Below, piece by piece: positions 19,520-28,873 of a stretch of DNA of 64,000 nucleotides; positions within the stretch are counted from its first letter, which is position 1, and each line of letters begins with the position of its first letter. The position numbers were made by a program, and so were the translations under genes. The notes beneath the pieces were generated by a model, which was given only the letters and a program-made list of their open reading frames with translations, did not search any database and was not told the origin of the DNA. The stretch covers positions 1,536,001 through 1,600,000 of the forward strand of contig CAWGLD010000001.1 of NCBI GenBank assembly GCA_963823335.1. The letters run 5' to 3'. Origin of the DNA: an uncultured delta proteobacterium (GTDB lineage Bacteria > Desulfobacterota > Desulfobacteria > Desulfobacterales > B30-G6).

Positions 19520-20884
19520 ATGCAGAGCTCTTTTTCGTTCGATGGCATGATTGTTTTTGGTTGGCTGTCATTTATGCTTCTGGCCGGTGTGCTGTTGAGA
19601 TCAAGGATACCTTTTTTGCAGCGGTTTCTTTTCCCCAGCTGTTTAACCGGCGGGATGCTGGGCCTGGTTCTTACCCAGACCGGCGTTGTCCAAATCGACC
19701 CGGGTGTCCTGGAAACCTATGCCTATCATTTTTTTAACATCTCCTTTATTTCCGTGGGGCTGACCGCTGGAACCTCCGGCTCGCCCCAGCCGGCACAAAA
19801 CAGGGAGTACGTCAAGGGTCCCGCCTGGATGGCCCTGATACAGGGATCCTGTTTCGGGTTGCAGGCATCCTTGGGCGGGGTGCTCGTTATTGTATTTGGA
19901 CTTCTGGGTTATGAGCTATTTCCGACCTTCGGTTTTCTCGTACCACTGGGTTTTGAAGAAGGTCCGGGTCAGGCACTCTCTGTCGGTAAAGTCTGGGAAA
20001 GCTTCGGATTCGCTCACGCGGCAACCATCGGTCTGACATTTGCCGCCATGGGTTTCTTTTTTTCATTTTTTGTGGGGGTTCCTCTTGTCAACTGGGGCAT
20101 CCGAAAGGGGTTTTCTGCAGCCGGCCCACGAGTTCTGACCAAAGAGATGCTCACCGGTATTCTTCCCAAAGATGGACCTTCAGAATCTGCCGGTGCGTTG
20201 ACGCTTCACCCGGGAAACATCGACACCCTTGCCTTCCAGGCTGCCCTGGTTGGGCTGGTCTATATCATTTCCTATGGTCTTGTTACATCTGCCGGCATGT
20301 TTCTACCGGGTGATGCCGCTAAGATATTATGGGGTTTTTTCTTTATCATCGGACTGGTGATCGCCATTTTTATCCGCCGGCTTATGACCAGCTGGGGTTG
20401 GGTGCATCTGATCGATCCCGGGATCCAGCGTCGCGTAACAGGGTGGGCAATTGATTTTCTGATTGTCTCCACGGTGGCGGCCATACAACTCACGGTTGTT
20501 TGGCGGTATATTCTACCCATCAGCGTGCTCGGACTTGTTAATGGCTTAATGACAACGCTGCTGGTGGTATACCTGGGCCGGAGGGTATGGGCGTATAATC
20601 TCGAACGAACCGCCGCCGTTTATGGCGCCGTAACCGGAACGGTTTCTTGCGGTCTTTTACTGCTGCGTATCGCCGATCCGGAATTTGAAACACCGGTGGC
20701 CGTTGAAATCGCCATAATGAATGTTTTTTCCATCGTTCCCATCGGCATATGTCTCATGCTGGTCAACGGGCCTGTATGGTGGAACTGGGGCGTTGGCAGG
20801 ACATCGCTGATTTTTCTGGGAGTTATGTGCTTGTGTCTGGCCACGCTCCGGATGCTCAAATACTGGGGAGCGCCCAAATTTTGA
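19520..20884 (+). CDS. Sodium:glutamate symporter (GltS/ESS) family transporter
   Basis: About 12 TM helices; LQRFLFPSCLTGG, GFEEGPGQA, YGAVTGTVSCGLLLLRIADP. Confidence 0.88.
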   Translation: MQSSFSFDGMIVFGWLSFMLLAGVLLRSRIPFLQRFLFPSCLTGGMLGLVLTQTGVVQIDPGVLETYAYHFFNISFISVGLTAGTSGSPQPAQNREYVKGPAWMALIQGSCFGLQASLGGVLVIVFGLLGYELFPTFGFLVPLGFEEGPGQALSVGKVWESFGFAHAATIGLTFAAMGFFFSFFVGVPLVNWGIRKGFSAAGPRVLTKEMLTGILPKDGPSESAGALTLHPGNIDTLAFQAALVGLVYIISYGLVTSAGMFLPGDAAKILWGFFFIIGLVIAIFIRRLMTSWGWVHLIDPGIQRRVTGWAIDFLIVSTVAAIQLTVVWRYILPISVLGLVNGLMTTLLVVYLGRRVWAYNLERTAAVYGAVTGTVSCGLLLLRIADPEFETPVAVEIAIMNVFSIVPIGICLMLVNGPVWWNWGVGRTSLIFLGVMCLCLATLRMLKYWGAPKF

Positions 20885-20994
20885 CAAGGAACCGCCTAAT
20901 AATCAGGTCACTTTAAGCTATCAGCAGCTTAGAGCTAATTGCTTACAGCTATAAATCCCGTGCTTCTGTAGCGCGGGATTTATTTGGAGGACTC

Positions 20995-22323
20995 ATGGGA
21001 CAGAAGTCGCTACCATTAAAAGGTATGACCAAGGAAGCCATCTTTGAAGAATTCAGCACCTTGAAATCCCAGGATGCAGATTGGCATAACGGGCAAATGT
21101 TCGGTCTGATTTATGAAGCGGGCCAGGATGTAGAAGATCTGGTGAAGGCCGCCCAGGCGGAGTTTACGATTGCCAATGGTCTCAATCCCATGGCTTTCCC
21201 AAGTCTTGTGAAGATGGAAAACGAGATCGTTTCCATGGTAATCTCGCTTAGTGGGGGAGATGACGCCGTGGCGGGAAGCGTAACCACCGGAGGGACCGAA
21301 AGCATATTCATGGCCATGAAGGCGGCACGGGATTGGGGTCGTGCAACACGACCGGAGGTCGAGAAACCTGAAATGATTGTCCCGGTTACGGCGCATCCTG
21401 CCTGGAACAAGGCCGCCCATTACCTGGGCCTCAAGCTAGTGACAGTCCCGGTTGGTGCAGACTTTCGCGCCGATGTCGCGGCCATGGAGGGCGCGATTAC
21501 CGCCAATACGATTATCCTTGGGGGTACTGCCGTGACGTATCCCCATGGTGTCGTGGATCCCATCGACAAACTGGGGAAACTTGCTCAGGCACATCATTTG
21601 TGGCTGCATGTGGACGCCTGTCTTGGCGGCTTGATCCTGCCTTTTGTCAAGAAGGCAGGATACGAGATACCCGTGTACGGTTTCGATGTCCCGGGTGTGA
21701 GTTCGGTGTCCGCCGACATCCACAAGTATGCCTACACCCCCAAGGGAATTTCCATCGTCATGTATCGTGACGTGTCCCTGCGCCAGTATCAATTTTTTGT
21801 ATACACGGATTGGCCGGGTGGCGTGTATGCCACACCGGCCCTGAGCGGGGGACGAAGCGGTGGTCTTATTGCGGCTGCCTGGGCTGTTTTTCATTACCTG
21901 GGGGAGTCGGGTTTTGTGCGGCTCGCCAAACAAGCCAAGGAGGCAGCCAACAGGCTTATGGCAGGCATTGAGGCCATACCGGAACTTCATATCCTCGGTG
22001 ATCCCGAGGCTACGGTCTTTGCCATCGCTAGCGATCAGATCAATATTTTTGAACTTGGTGCTCAAATGAACGACCGCGGCTGGCACATCGAGACCCAGCA
22101 CCTTCCAGCGAGCCTTCACATGACAATTTCCCCGGTCCACATCGAAACAGCGGATCGATTTCTCTTTGATTTAAAAACCGCTGTTCCCAACATTCCACCG
22201 GTGGATGCGGACGCATTGTCGGATCAGGCCGCCCTGTATGCCATGATCGGCACCTTGCCGGACCGTAAAATGGCCAAAGAACTGGTGCTGCAGTATTTTA
22301 ATGATCTGTACCGGCTCAAGTAA
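20995..22323 (+). CDS. Sphingosine-1-phosphate-lyase-like PLP enzyme (group II decarboxylase fold)
   Basis: NGLNPMAFPSL..ME.E, TTGGTES, TAHPAWNKAAHY, HVDACLGG, SADIHKY..PKG.S, DWPGGVYATP..SGGR.GG. Confidence 0.85.
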   Translation: MGQKSLPLKGMTKEAIFEEFSTLKSQDADWHNGQMFGLIYEAGQDVEDLVKAAQAEFTIANGLNPMAFPSLVKMENEIVSMVISLSGGDDAVAGSVTTGGTESIFMAMKAARDWGRATRPEVEKPEMIVPVTAHPAWNKAAHYLGLKLVTVPVGADFRADVAAMEGAITANTIILGGTAVTYPHGVVDPIDKLGKLAQAHHLWLHVDACLGGLILPFVKKAGYEIPVYGFDVPGVSSVSADIHKYAYTPKGISIVMYRDVSLRQYQFFVYTDWPGGVYATPALSGGRSGGLIAAAWAVFHYLGESGFVRLAKQAKEAANRLMAGIEAIPELHILGDPEATVFAIASDQINIFELGAQMNDRGWHIETQHLPASLHMTISPVHIETADRFLFDLKTAVPNIPPVDADALSDQAALYAMIGTLPDRKMAKELVLQYFNDLYRLK

Positions 22324-22403
22324 ATGCTTAACACGGGATCTGACACCGGGACAGAAAATCAGGCAACATTCCGGGAGTCGAGATTCTCTTTTTGCCCTGA
22401 GAA

Positions 22404-22925
22404 TTATTTTTTCAATATGACCGGTTCCGGTTTGTAGTCGCCCGAAGTTACCCGGTTCCAAAAAGTTTTTTCGTCCTCCATCCATCGCGAGCCGAAGTTC
22501 TTTTTGAAGACCCCCCCCAAGCGTTGGAACATGCGCTTCAGGCCTGAGCGGTGCTCCATGGTCAGGAGGTCTTCCAGAAAATCGGCGATGTCCACCATTC
22601 TTTCTTTTGGAATATATGCCCGGGCGCCCATTTCAATTGAACGCTTCAGGTCTTGCACGGAAAATGCGTGGGCTGTGAGCATGGCGGTGGGAAAGCCCAG
22701 ATGGACCGATGCATTGAGAAGGTCAAATCCGCGGACACCCATGATATCTAAAATCACGGCATCATACGTCCAGGATCTGAGTAGATGGTAGCCGGCTTCA
22801 TAATCTGTTGCCCGGTCGAAAACAAGGTCCTCATAGTCCTCGAGAAGATCCGCCAGTGTTTCCAGAACATCGGGTTCATCGTCGACGGCCAGTATCCGTT
22901 TACCATTTAAAATGTGTTCTGACAT
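22404..22925 (-). CDS. Stand-alone response regulator (receiver domain plus short tail)
   Basis: ILAVDDEPD, ILDIMGVRG, MLTAHA, AYIPK. Confidence 0.88.
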   Translation of the reverse strand: MSEHILNGKRILAVDDEPDVLETLADLLEDYEDLVFDRATDYEAGYHLLRSWTYDAVILDIMGVRGFDLLNASVHLGFPTAMLTAHAFSVQDLKRSIEMGARAYIPKERMVDIADFLEDLLTMEHRSGLKRMFQRLGGVFKKNFGSRWMEDEKTFWNRVTSGDYKPEPVILKK

Positions 22926-22947
22926 TTTATGTGCCTCTTCATGCGTG

Positions 22948-23517
22948 TCATATATAGTTGGTTTTCTCCTTCACATCTTTTCTGGGAACTGCCGCCATGG
23001 CGCTTTTGGGTTTGCCGATGCATACCAGAGAGATGGGGGTTTTGTTTTCGGAAATATCGAGTATTTTTCTCATTTGAGGCTTGTCGAAAAAGGTGAACCA
23101 AAGACCCCCCAGTCCCAATGCATGAGCGGCCAGGAGCATATTTTGAATAGCTGCCGCACAGGCCAGCTGATAGCCGGCGCTGCCCTCTTTTTGAAACATG
23201 TCCACACCGGTCTTTTGCGGGTCTCCTATCACAGCGATGATCACCGGCGCCTCCTTTAGAAAGTCGGCCTTATATTTGTTCAGCCACGTCCAGCCGCTTT
23301 CTTCGATGGCCCAGCTCCGGCATCTTTCAGCTTCTGAAAACAATTCATTTTTCTTGTCATCGCTTGTGATGATGATAAATTGCCATGGCTGGGTGTTCAG
23401 GGGCGACGGCGCCCATGCAGCCGCCTCGAGCACTTTTTCGATGGTTTTGCTATCAACGGGTTCGTTTACAAAGTTTCTGCAGCTTCTTCTGTCTTTGATT
23501 GCTTTAAAAAGATCCAT
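22948..23517 (-). CDS. Nitroreductase family flavoprotein
   Basis: IKDRRSCRNF, AAWAPSPLNTQPW, AAIQNMLLAAHALGLG; AAGGAG RBS before ATG 23517. Confidence 0.92.
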   Translation of the reverse strand: MDLFKAIKDRRSCRNFVNEPVDSKTIEKVLEAAAWAPSPLNTQPWQFIIITSDDKKNELFSEAERCRSWAIEESGWTWLNKYKADFLKEAPVIIAVIGDPQKTGVDMFQKEGSAGYQLACAAAIQNMLLAAHALGLGGLWFTFFDKPQMRKILDISENKTPISLVCIGKPKSAMAAVPRKDVKEKTNYI

Positions 23518-23518
23518 A

Positions 23519-25198
23519 TCATGCTCCTTTGGAACCAAATGTTTTATTGTCTTTTGACATTCGCCGAACCTCATCATCCCTGACCTCCCGCCGAAGAAGC
23601 TTACCCACCTTTGACTTGGGCAGCATATCTCTAAATTCAACGTAGGATGGTACTTTGTAGGGAGCCAGGCGTTCACGGCACCATGCGATCAATTCAGCGC
23701 CGCCCACACCCCTGGCATCTTCTTTGAGCACGACGATGGCCTTGATTCTTTCACCCACTTTGGGGTCCGGAATACCTACGACACAGGCACCGATAACCGT
23801 GGAATGGTCCTGCAGCACAGCTTCGACTTCTGAAGCTGAAACGCGGAAGGCTTTGTGTTTGATGATATCGGCCGATCGTTCCATATATATCAGCTCACCC
23901 GTGGGAAGGGCACTGACAAAATCACCCATACGGCACCATATCTTTCCCTGGATCTCGATATAGGTTTTGCGCGTTTCTTCGGGCTTGTTGTAGTATTCCT
24001 TCAGAGTATAGGGAGAGGTGATCAGAAGTTCTCCGCTCTGGTTTCCGGAAACCGGCTCCAGGGTTTCAGGGTCGACGATCATGCACTGCCTGCTTTTCAG
24101 CGGGAACCCGATGGCCCTCGGGCTCGGTTCGACCCCGATACGGCTGTAAGTCACATGCCCGACTTCGGTGGACCCGTAGACTTGATAAATAGGGATGCCG
24201 CAGTGTTTGCGCCAGCGGTCCTTCACCTCTTCCGGCAGGACATCGCCACCGCAATAGCAATAGGTCAGGGAACTTAAATCGTATCGGTCGAGGCGATCAT
24301 TTTCCAGAATCATCCGGTATAGGGCCGGCACACCGAGGATCCATCGAACCCGGTATCGCTGAATGGATTCCAGAATCGCATCCACCTGAGGGATCGGCAT
24401 CAACAGGACGGTGTTGCCCTTGTTTAATCCGACAGCCATGAACAATCCCAGGGCCATGATATGAAACAGCGGATTGATGGCGATATAGGTGTCCTCGCCC
24501 TCCTTGAGGTGATCGCCGGCGACATCTTCCGTAACGTCGTTCACATAAGATGTCATGCCGATGTGTGTTCCGGGAACACCCTTGGGAAATCCGGTGGTAC
24601 CACCGGTATAGAGGATGTAGGATAAATCCTTGACAGGATCGATGTCTGCGTTCTTCTGAATGGGGGAATGCTTGAGCAGGGATCGAAATTTCTTCACACG
24701 ATCGTCCCGATCGACTTTCCCGGTGGGGATCTTGTCGAATAAAACACCCAGACAACGCTTCCAGACCGGCAGGAGATCCACCATGTTGGTCACAACCACC
24801 TGTTTGAGATCGGTTTGCGACAGCGCTTCTTTAACATAGCAGAAATTGGTGTCCGTGCAGATGATCGAGTCGACGCCGGCATCCTTGATCATGTAGATGA
24901 TCTCATGAGACGTGTAAATCGGCGCAACCGGCACGATAACGGCACCGATTTTCTGGATACCCAAAAATGCGACCACCCATTGAGCGCAATTGGGGATATA
25001 GATCATCACCCGGTCACCTTTACGCACACCCATGTCGGACAAGCCGCCGGCAAACCGCTCAGATAAATTTTTCAGACGGCGATAGGTGAAATGTTCTCCC
25101 AGATAGATCAAGGCGCTTCGGTCCGGGTATTTTTCACTCATCTGATCAAAGCGGGTGAATGTCAGTTCTTTTTCCAGTGTATCAACGGTAGTGCTCAT
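23519..25198 (-). CDS. AMP-forming acyl-CoA synthetase (FadD-like)
   Basis: YTGGTTGFPKG, QVYGSTE, RMGD, LAPYKVP, LPKSKVGK. Confidence 0.93.
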   Translation of the reverse strand: MSTTVDTLEKELTFTRFDQMSEKYPDRSALIYLGEHFTYRRLKNLSERFAGGLSDMGVRKGDRVMIYIPNCAQWVVAFLGIQKIGAVIVPVAPIYTSHEIIYMIKDAGVDSIICTDTNFCYVKEALSQTDLKQVVVTNMVDLLPVWKRCLGVLFDKIPTGKVDRDDRVKKFRSLLKHSPIQKNADIDPVKDLSYILYTGGTTGFPKGVPGTHIGMTSYVNDVTEDVAGDHLKEGEDTYIAINPLFHIMALGLFMAVGLNKGNTVLLMPIPQVDAILESIQRYRVRWILGVPALYRMILENDRLDRYDLSSLTYCYCGGDVLPEEVKDRWRKHCGIPIYQVYGSTEVGHVTYSRIGVEPSPRAIGFPLKSRQCMIVDPETLEPVSGNQSGELLITSPYTLKEYYNKPEETRKTYIEIQGKIWCRMGDFVSALPTGELIYMERSADIIKHKAFRVSASEVEAVLQDHSTVIGACVVGIPDPKVGERIKAIVVLKEDARGVGGAELIAWCRERLAPYKVPSYVEFRDMLPKSKVGKLLRREVRDDEVRRMSKDNKTFGSKGA

Positions 25199-25246
25199 AT
25201 TCAATCAGACTCCTGAAAAAAAAATATTCTTCACAAAGGATGGGAA

Positions 25247-25993
25247 TCAAACACCGAAATAAGCAGCGCGCACATCCGGATTGTCCATCAATTTTTCGCG
25301 ACTGCCCTCGAGAACGGCGGAACCGTTTTCGAGAATAAACGCATAGTCAATGATGGGCAGAACCGGACGTGCATATTGTTCGGTAACGATGATGGAAATG
25401 TGGCGTTCATCCCGGATTTCCCTGGTGGTGCGCATGAGCATGGCTTGCATCAGGGGGCTGAGCCCCAGCAAGGGCTCGTCCAGGAGCAAAATTTTCGGCT
25501 GGGCCATGAGGGCCCGGCCAATGGCCAGCATCTGCTGCTCGCCCCCGCTTAAAAAACCACCCAGCCTGTTTTTCAGTTTTTTCAGCGCCGGGAAAACAGT
25601 GAAAACATAATCCAATGTCTCTCTGGCCTGGGCAGGGCTGGCAAGGTACCCGCCGATTTTCAGATTTTCAAGAACCGTGCTTTCCTTAAAAATGCGCCGC
25701 CGTTCCGGGCACAACACGATACCCATCCTTGCCCTCTGGCTGGGTTTTATGTCGCTCACTTCCTGGTTTTGATAACGAATACTTCCGGTCAAGGTGATAC
25801 GTTCACCACCGGACATTTCTTCTTTTTTGCGGATATCGAGCATGATGCCGGAAAGGGTATACATGAGGGTCGATTTACCGGCGCTGTTGGCTCCGAATAC
25901 GCCGACAATCTGGTTTTTTTCACAACGGATACTGACATTGTTCAAGGCCAGCATGTTCTCGTAAAAAACCATCAGTCCGCTCGCTTCAAGCAT
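25247..25993 (-). CDS. HAAT/Liv-type ABC transporter ATPase (LivF-like)
   Basis: GANSAGKST, PERRRIF, LSGGEQQMLAIGRALM, LLLDEP. Confidence 0.92.
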   Translation of the reverse strand: MLEASGLMVFYENMLALNNVSIRCEKNQIVGVFGANSAGKSTLMYTLSGIMLDIRKKEEMSGGERITLTGSIRYQNQEVSDIKPSQRARMGIVLCPERRRIFKESTVLENLKIGGYLASPAQARETLDYVFTVFPALKKLKNRLGGFLSGGEQQMLAIGRALMAQPKILLLDEPLLGLSPLMQAMLMRTTREIRDERHISIIVTEQYARPVLPIIDYAFILENGSAVLEGSREKLMDNPDVRAAYFGV

Positions 25994-26774
25994 GGCTCAT
26001 CACCTCCTCGACCTTTTCCGATCCAAAATAGGCTTCCCGGACCCGTGGATCGGCCATCACTTCCTCAGCGGTTCCTTCCACCAGTTTTTCACCGAAGTTG
26101 AGCACCATGATCCGGTTGGCTACCTGAAACAGCTCCCGCAGCCTGTGTTCGATCATAATCAGGGTAATGCCTTCCATTTGAAGGCGTTCGATCAATGGTA
26201 CCATGCTGGCGATTTCGCTCATGCTCAGACCCGAGAAGACTTCGTCACAGATGATCATCTCAGGTTTCAGCGCTAGACACCTCGCCAGTTCCAGGCGCTT
26301 GAGATATCCGGTAGGCAGGGTGGACGTCATTTTGTATGGTACGTAGGAGTCACGCTCAAAACCGATCTCTTCCAGGATGTCGATACTGACGGTGTTTCGG
26401 TCTCCAAGTTTGCCGCCGCCTCGCCAGCCGCCTGTCCGCCGCGCCCGCGGAGAGAAAAGCGGGATCACCAGATTTTTATAAGCAGGTAAACTGTAATAAG
26501 GGCGCATGATCTGGAAGGTGCGGGTGACGCCGATATCGGCAATTTTATGGGGCGGTTTGCCGGTGATATTTTTGCCATTAAACAGGACGGTACCCGAGGA
26601 AACCTTGATAAACCCGGTAACACAGTTCACGATGGTTGTCTTGCCGGATCCGTTGGGCCCGATGATGCCCAGAATATCTCCTTTGTTGACATCAAAACTG
26701 ACCCGGTTGAGGGCGATGATACCGCCGAACGTTTTGGTTATTTCTTTTACCTGAAGAATCGCTTTTCCGGTCAT
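25986..26774 (-). CDS. HAAT/Liv-type ABC transporter ATPase (LivG-like)
   Basis: GPNGSGKTT, RTFQ, KRLELARCLA, IEH, VREAYFG; ATGA coupling with the upstream permease. Confidence 0.92.
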   Translation of the reverse strand: MTGKAILQVKEITKTFGGIIALNRVSFDVNKGDILGIIGPNGSGKTTIVNCVTGFIKVSSGTVLFNGKNITGKPPHKIADIGVTRTFQIMRPYYSLPAYKNLVIPLFSPRARRTGGWRGGGKLGDRNTVSIDILEEIGFERDSYVPYKMTSTLPTGYLKRLELARCLALKPEMIICDEVFSGLSMSEIASMVPLIERLQMEGITLIMIEHRLRELFQVANRIMVLNFGEKLVEGTAEEVMADPRVREAYFGSEKVEEVMSHA

Positions 26775-27790
26775 ATTTTGGTCCACCTTTCAATTTGCTG
26801 ATACTTCCGCTGACCGTAAGCCATGAGGCCTTCACTTCGGAAAACAATAAAACCCAGCAGAATCAGGGAGTAAAAAACGATTCGGAGGGTACCGAAATCC
26901 CGAAGAAGTTCGGAAACCGGTACAAGGATGAGGCATCCGATCACCGGTCCCACCAGCGTGCCGCTGCCACCGATGACGGTTGCCGCAATGGGAAGTACCG
27001 AGAAATCGAGCGCAAAGGTCGAGATGCCTGCCCACATGTAAATGTGGACCAGACAGGCACCGGCCATACATCCAATGGAAGATGCGATGAGTACCGCCAG
27101 GGCCTTGTAATGGGTGATGTTGATGCCCGAGGCCCGCACAGCCTGGTCGTTGTCTTTGACGGCCCGTAAAACGAGTCCTATATCCATATTGACGAGTCGG
27201 CGGACAGCGAAGAGAAAAAGGAGCACCACGATGATGACCCAGTATTGTTCCAGCCATGCATTGGGGAAGCTGTCGATGCCCATGATACCGTCTGTTCCCC
27301 CTATAATGTCCAGCGCTTCGATGACGCGGGCCAAAAACAGGGGGTACATCAGGGTGACGATGGCAAAATAGACACCCCGTAACGGCAGGCAAGGCAATAG
27401 CAGCAGGGTGCAGAACATACCGCCCAGCAGGGTGGCACAGATAATGGCCAGAATGGGATTCATACCCAGACTGGTGTTCATAAGGGCTGTCAGATATCCG
27501 CCGGTTCCGACAAAAAGAGCACCGCCTAAAGAAACCAGCCCGGCATAATGGGCCAGAAAATCGAAGCTTATGGCCAGCAGGGCATAGATACAGACAATGG
27601 AAATCACCCGTTGCCAGTACATGCCCGGCATTACCTGGGGCAGGATCAGAAGCCCGGCAATCAGAACAAAACGGGGTGCGATCAGATACGTCATTTCTCG
27701 CCAGGACATCAAGGCATACAGTCCTTCGGTGCGAACCTTGATGCCCCTGTCGATTCTTTCCCTGCGACGTTGTTGTGTTCCTGCTTTCAC
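26771..27790 (-). CDS. HAAT/Liv-type ABC permease (LivM-like)
   Basis: GLVSLG, LRGVYFAIVTL, GGTDGI, AVKDND..A...GIN, IGG.GTL.GP; GTG start overlaps the upstream stop. Confidence 0.9.
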   Translation of the reverse strand: MKAGTQQRRRERIDRGIKVRTEGLYALMSWREMTYLIAPRFVLIAGLLILPQVMPGMYWQRVISIVCIYALLAISFDFLAHYAGLVSLGGALFVGTGGYLTALMNTSLGMNPILAIICATLLGGMFCTLLLLPCLPLRGVYFAIVTLMYPLFLARVIEALDIIGGTDGIMGIDSFPNAWLEQYWVIIVVLLFLFAVRRLVNMDIGLVLRAVKDNDQAVRASGINITHYKALAVLIASSIGCMAGACLVHIYMWAGISTFALDFSVLPIAATVIGGSGTLVGPVIGCLILVPVSELLRDFGTLRIVFYSLILLGFIVFRSEGLMAYGQRKYQQIERWTKI

Positions 27791-28653
27791 ACGCGTTCCT
27801 CCAATTCTTTCTGCTGACCGAAGAGACCCGATGGCTTGAGGATCAATGTCAGGATAATGGCCAGGAGCGCCACCATCATCTGGTAATGAGATCCTAGATA
27901 AACCACCGTTAAAATTTGGGCGAACCCGATCAGAAAAGCCGCCAGTACTGCACCCATCCAGCTTCCGATACCGCCGACAATGCAAACCGCGATGGCCAGA
28001 ATCAGAACATTGTAGCCGGACTCCACCACGATATTTCCTAGAGGCAGCAGCAGAATAGCGGCAAAGGCAGCCAGCATGGAGCCTATCCCCATGGCAACCA
28101 CAGCCATCAGATCAGAGTCGATTCCCAGCATGAGTGCCGCCCGTTCATCCTGGGCCATTCCTTTCAAGGCAAGACCAATGCGGGTATAACGGGTGAAGAG
28201 CCACAAACTTGCAACCAGGGCGGCCCCGATGATCACCACCAGCAGGCGCTGATAATCCACCGAGACACCGGCGATGTTTATGCTTCCTTCGATAAATGCG
28301 GGCAAGGTATAGGTCATGCCCTTGAACCCCCCCCATCTCAAGCCTTCCAGAATCGCCAGGGCGATGGCATAAGAGGCGATGATTTCAGAAATTTCCATAC
28401 CCCTCACCCGGATCAGGAAAAACTGGTAGATCAGCGCCCCTATGATACCCGTTATGATCAGGGAGAATATGATGCTGAAAAGATAATTCATTCCAAGGGT
28501 ATTCAGGGCACTCCAGACAATGAACCCGCTCAGGACATAAAGGGCGCCGTGGGCAAAATTCGGCAGACGGCTGATACCGTAGACCAGGGCAAAACCCAGT
28601 GCATAAAGGGCCAGTGCAACGCTGTTGATGGTTCCGTATATGAGAATTTCCAT
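27787..28653 (-). CDS. HAAT/Liv-type ABC permease (LivH-like)
   Basis: ALGFALVYG..RLPNFAHG, TRIG.A.....QD..AA.MLGI, GGIGS, KPSGLFG. Confidence 0.92.
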   Translation of the reverse strand: MEILIYGTINSVALALYALGFALVYGISRLPNFAHGALYVLSGFIVWSALNTLGMNYLFSIIFSLIITGIIGALIYQFFLIRVRGMEISEIIASYAIALAILEGLRWGGFKGMTYTLPAFIEGSINIAGVSVDYQRLLVVIIGAALVASLWLFTRYTRIGLALKGMAQDERAALMLGIDSDLMAVVAMGIGSMLAAFAAILLLPLGNIVVESGYNVLILAIAVCIVGGIGSWMGAVLAAFLIGFAQILTVVYLGSHYQMMVALLAIILTLILKPSGLFGQQKELEERV

Positions 28654-28696
28654 GCTAAAATCCGATTAAGTAACAAAGGGTTCCAGGGGTCAAGGA

Positions 28697-28815
28697 TTGA
28701 AGCTCCCCGCAGCAAGCAGCGGGGAATCTTCGACCTTACGGAATTCTGGCTAATTTAGATTCGCTCGCTAACCCCGCAGCAAGCTACGGGGAATACGCTC
28801 GCTGTTGCGGTTCAA
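28697..28815 (-). repeat. ~120-bp TTGAA...TTCAA element (copy 2, inverted), adjoining an octamer-REP left arm
   Basis: Reverse complement aligns over its full length with 3835-3956; preceded by aaagggttccaggggtcaaggatt. Confidence 0.8.
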
Positions 28816-28873
28816 TAACAAGATTGCCAATCGTCAGTTGACTTTCACGTAAATGATACGTGAATAGATCTGC

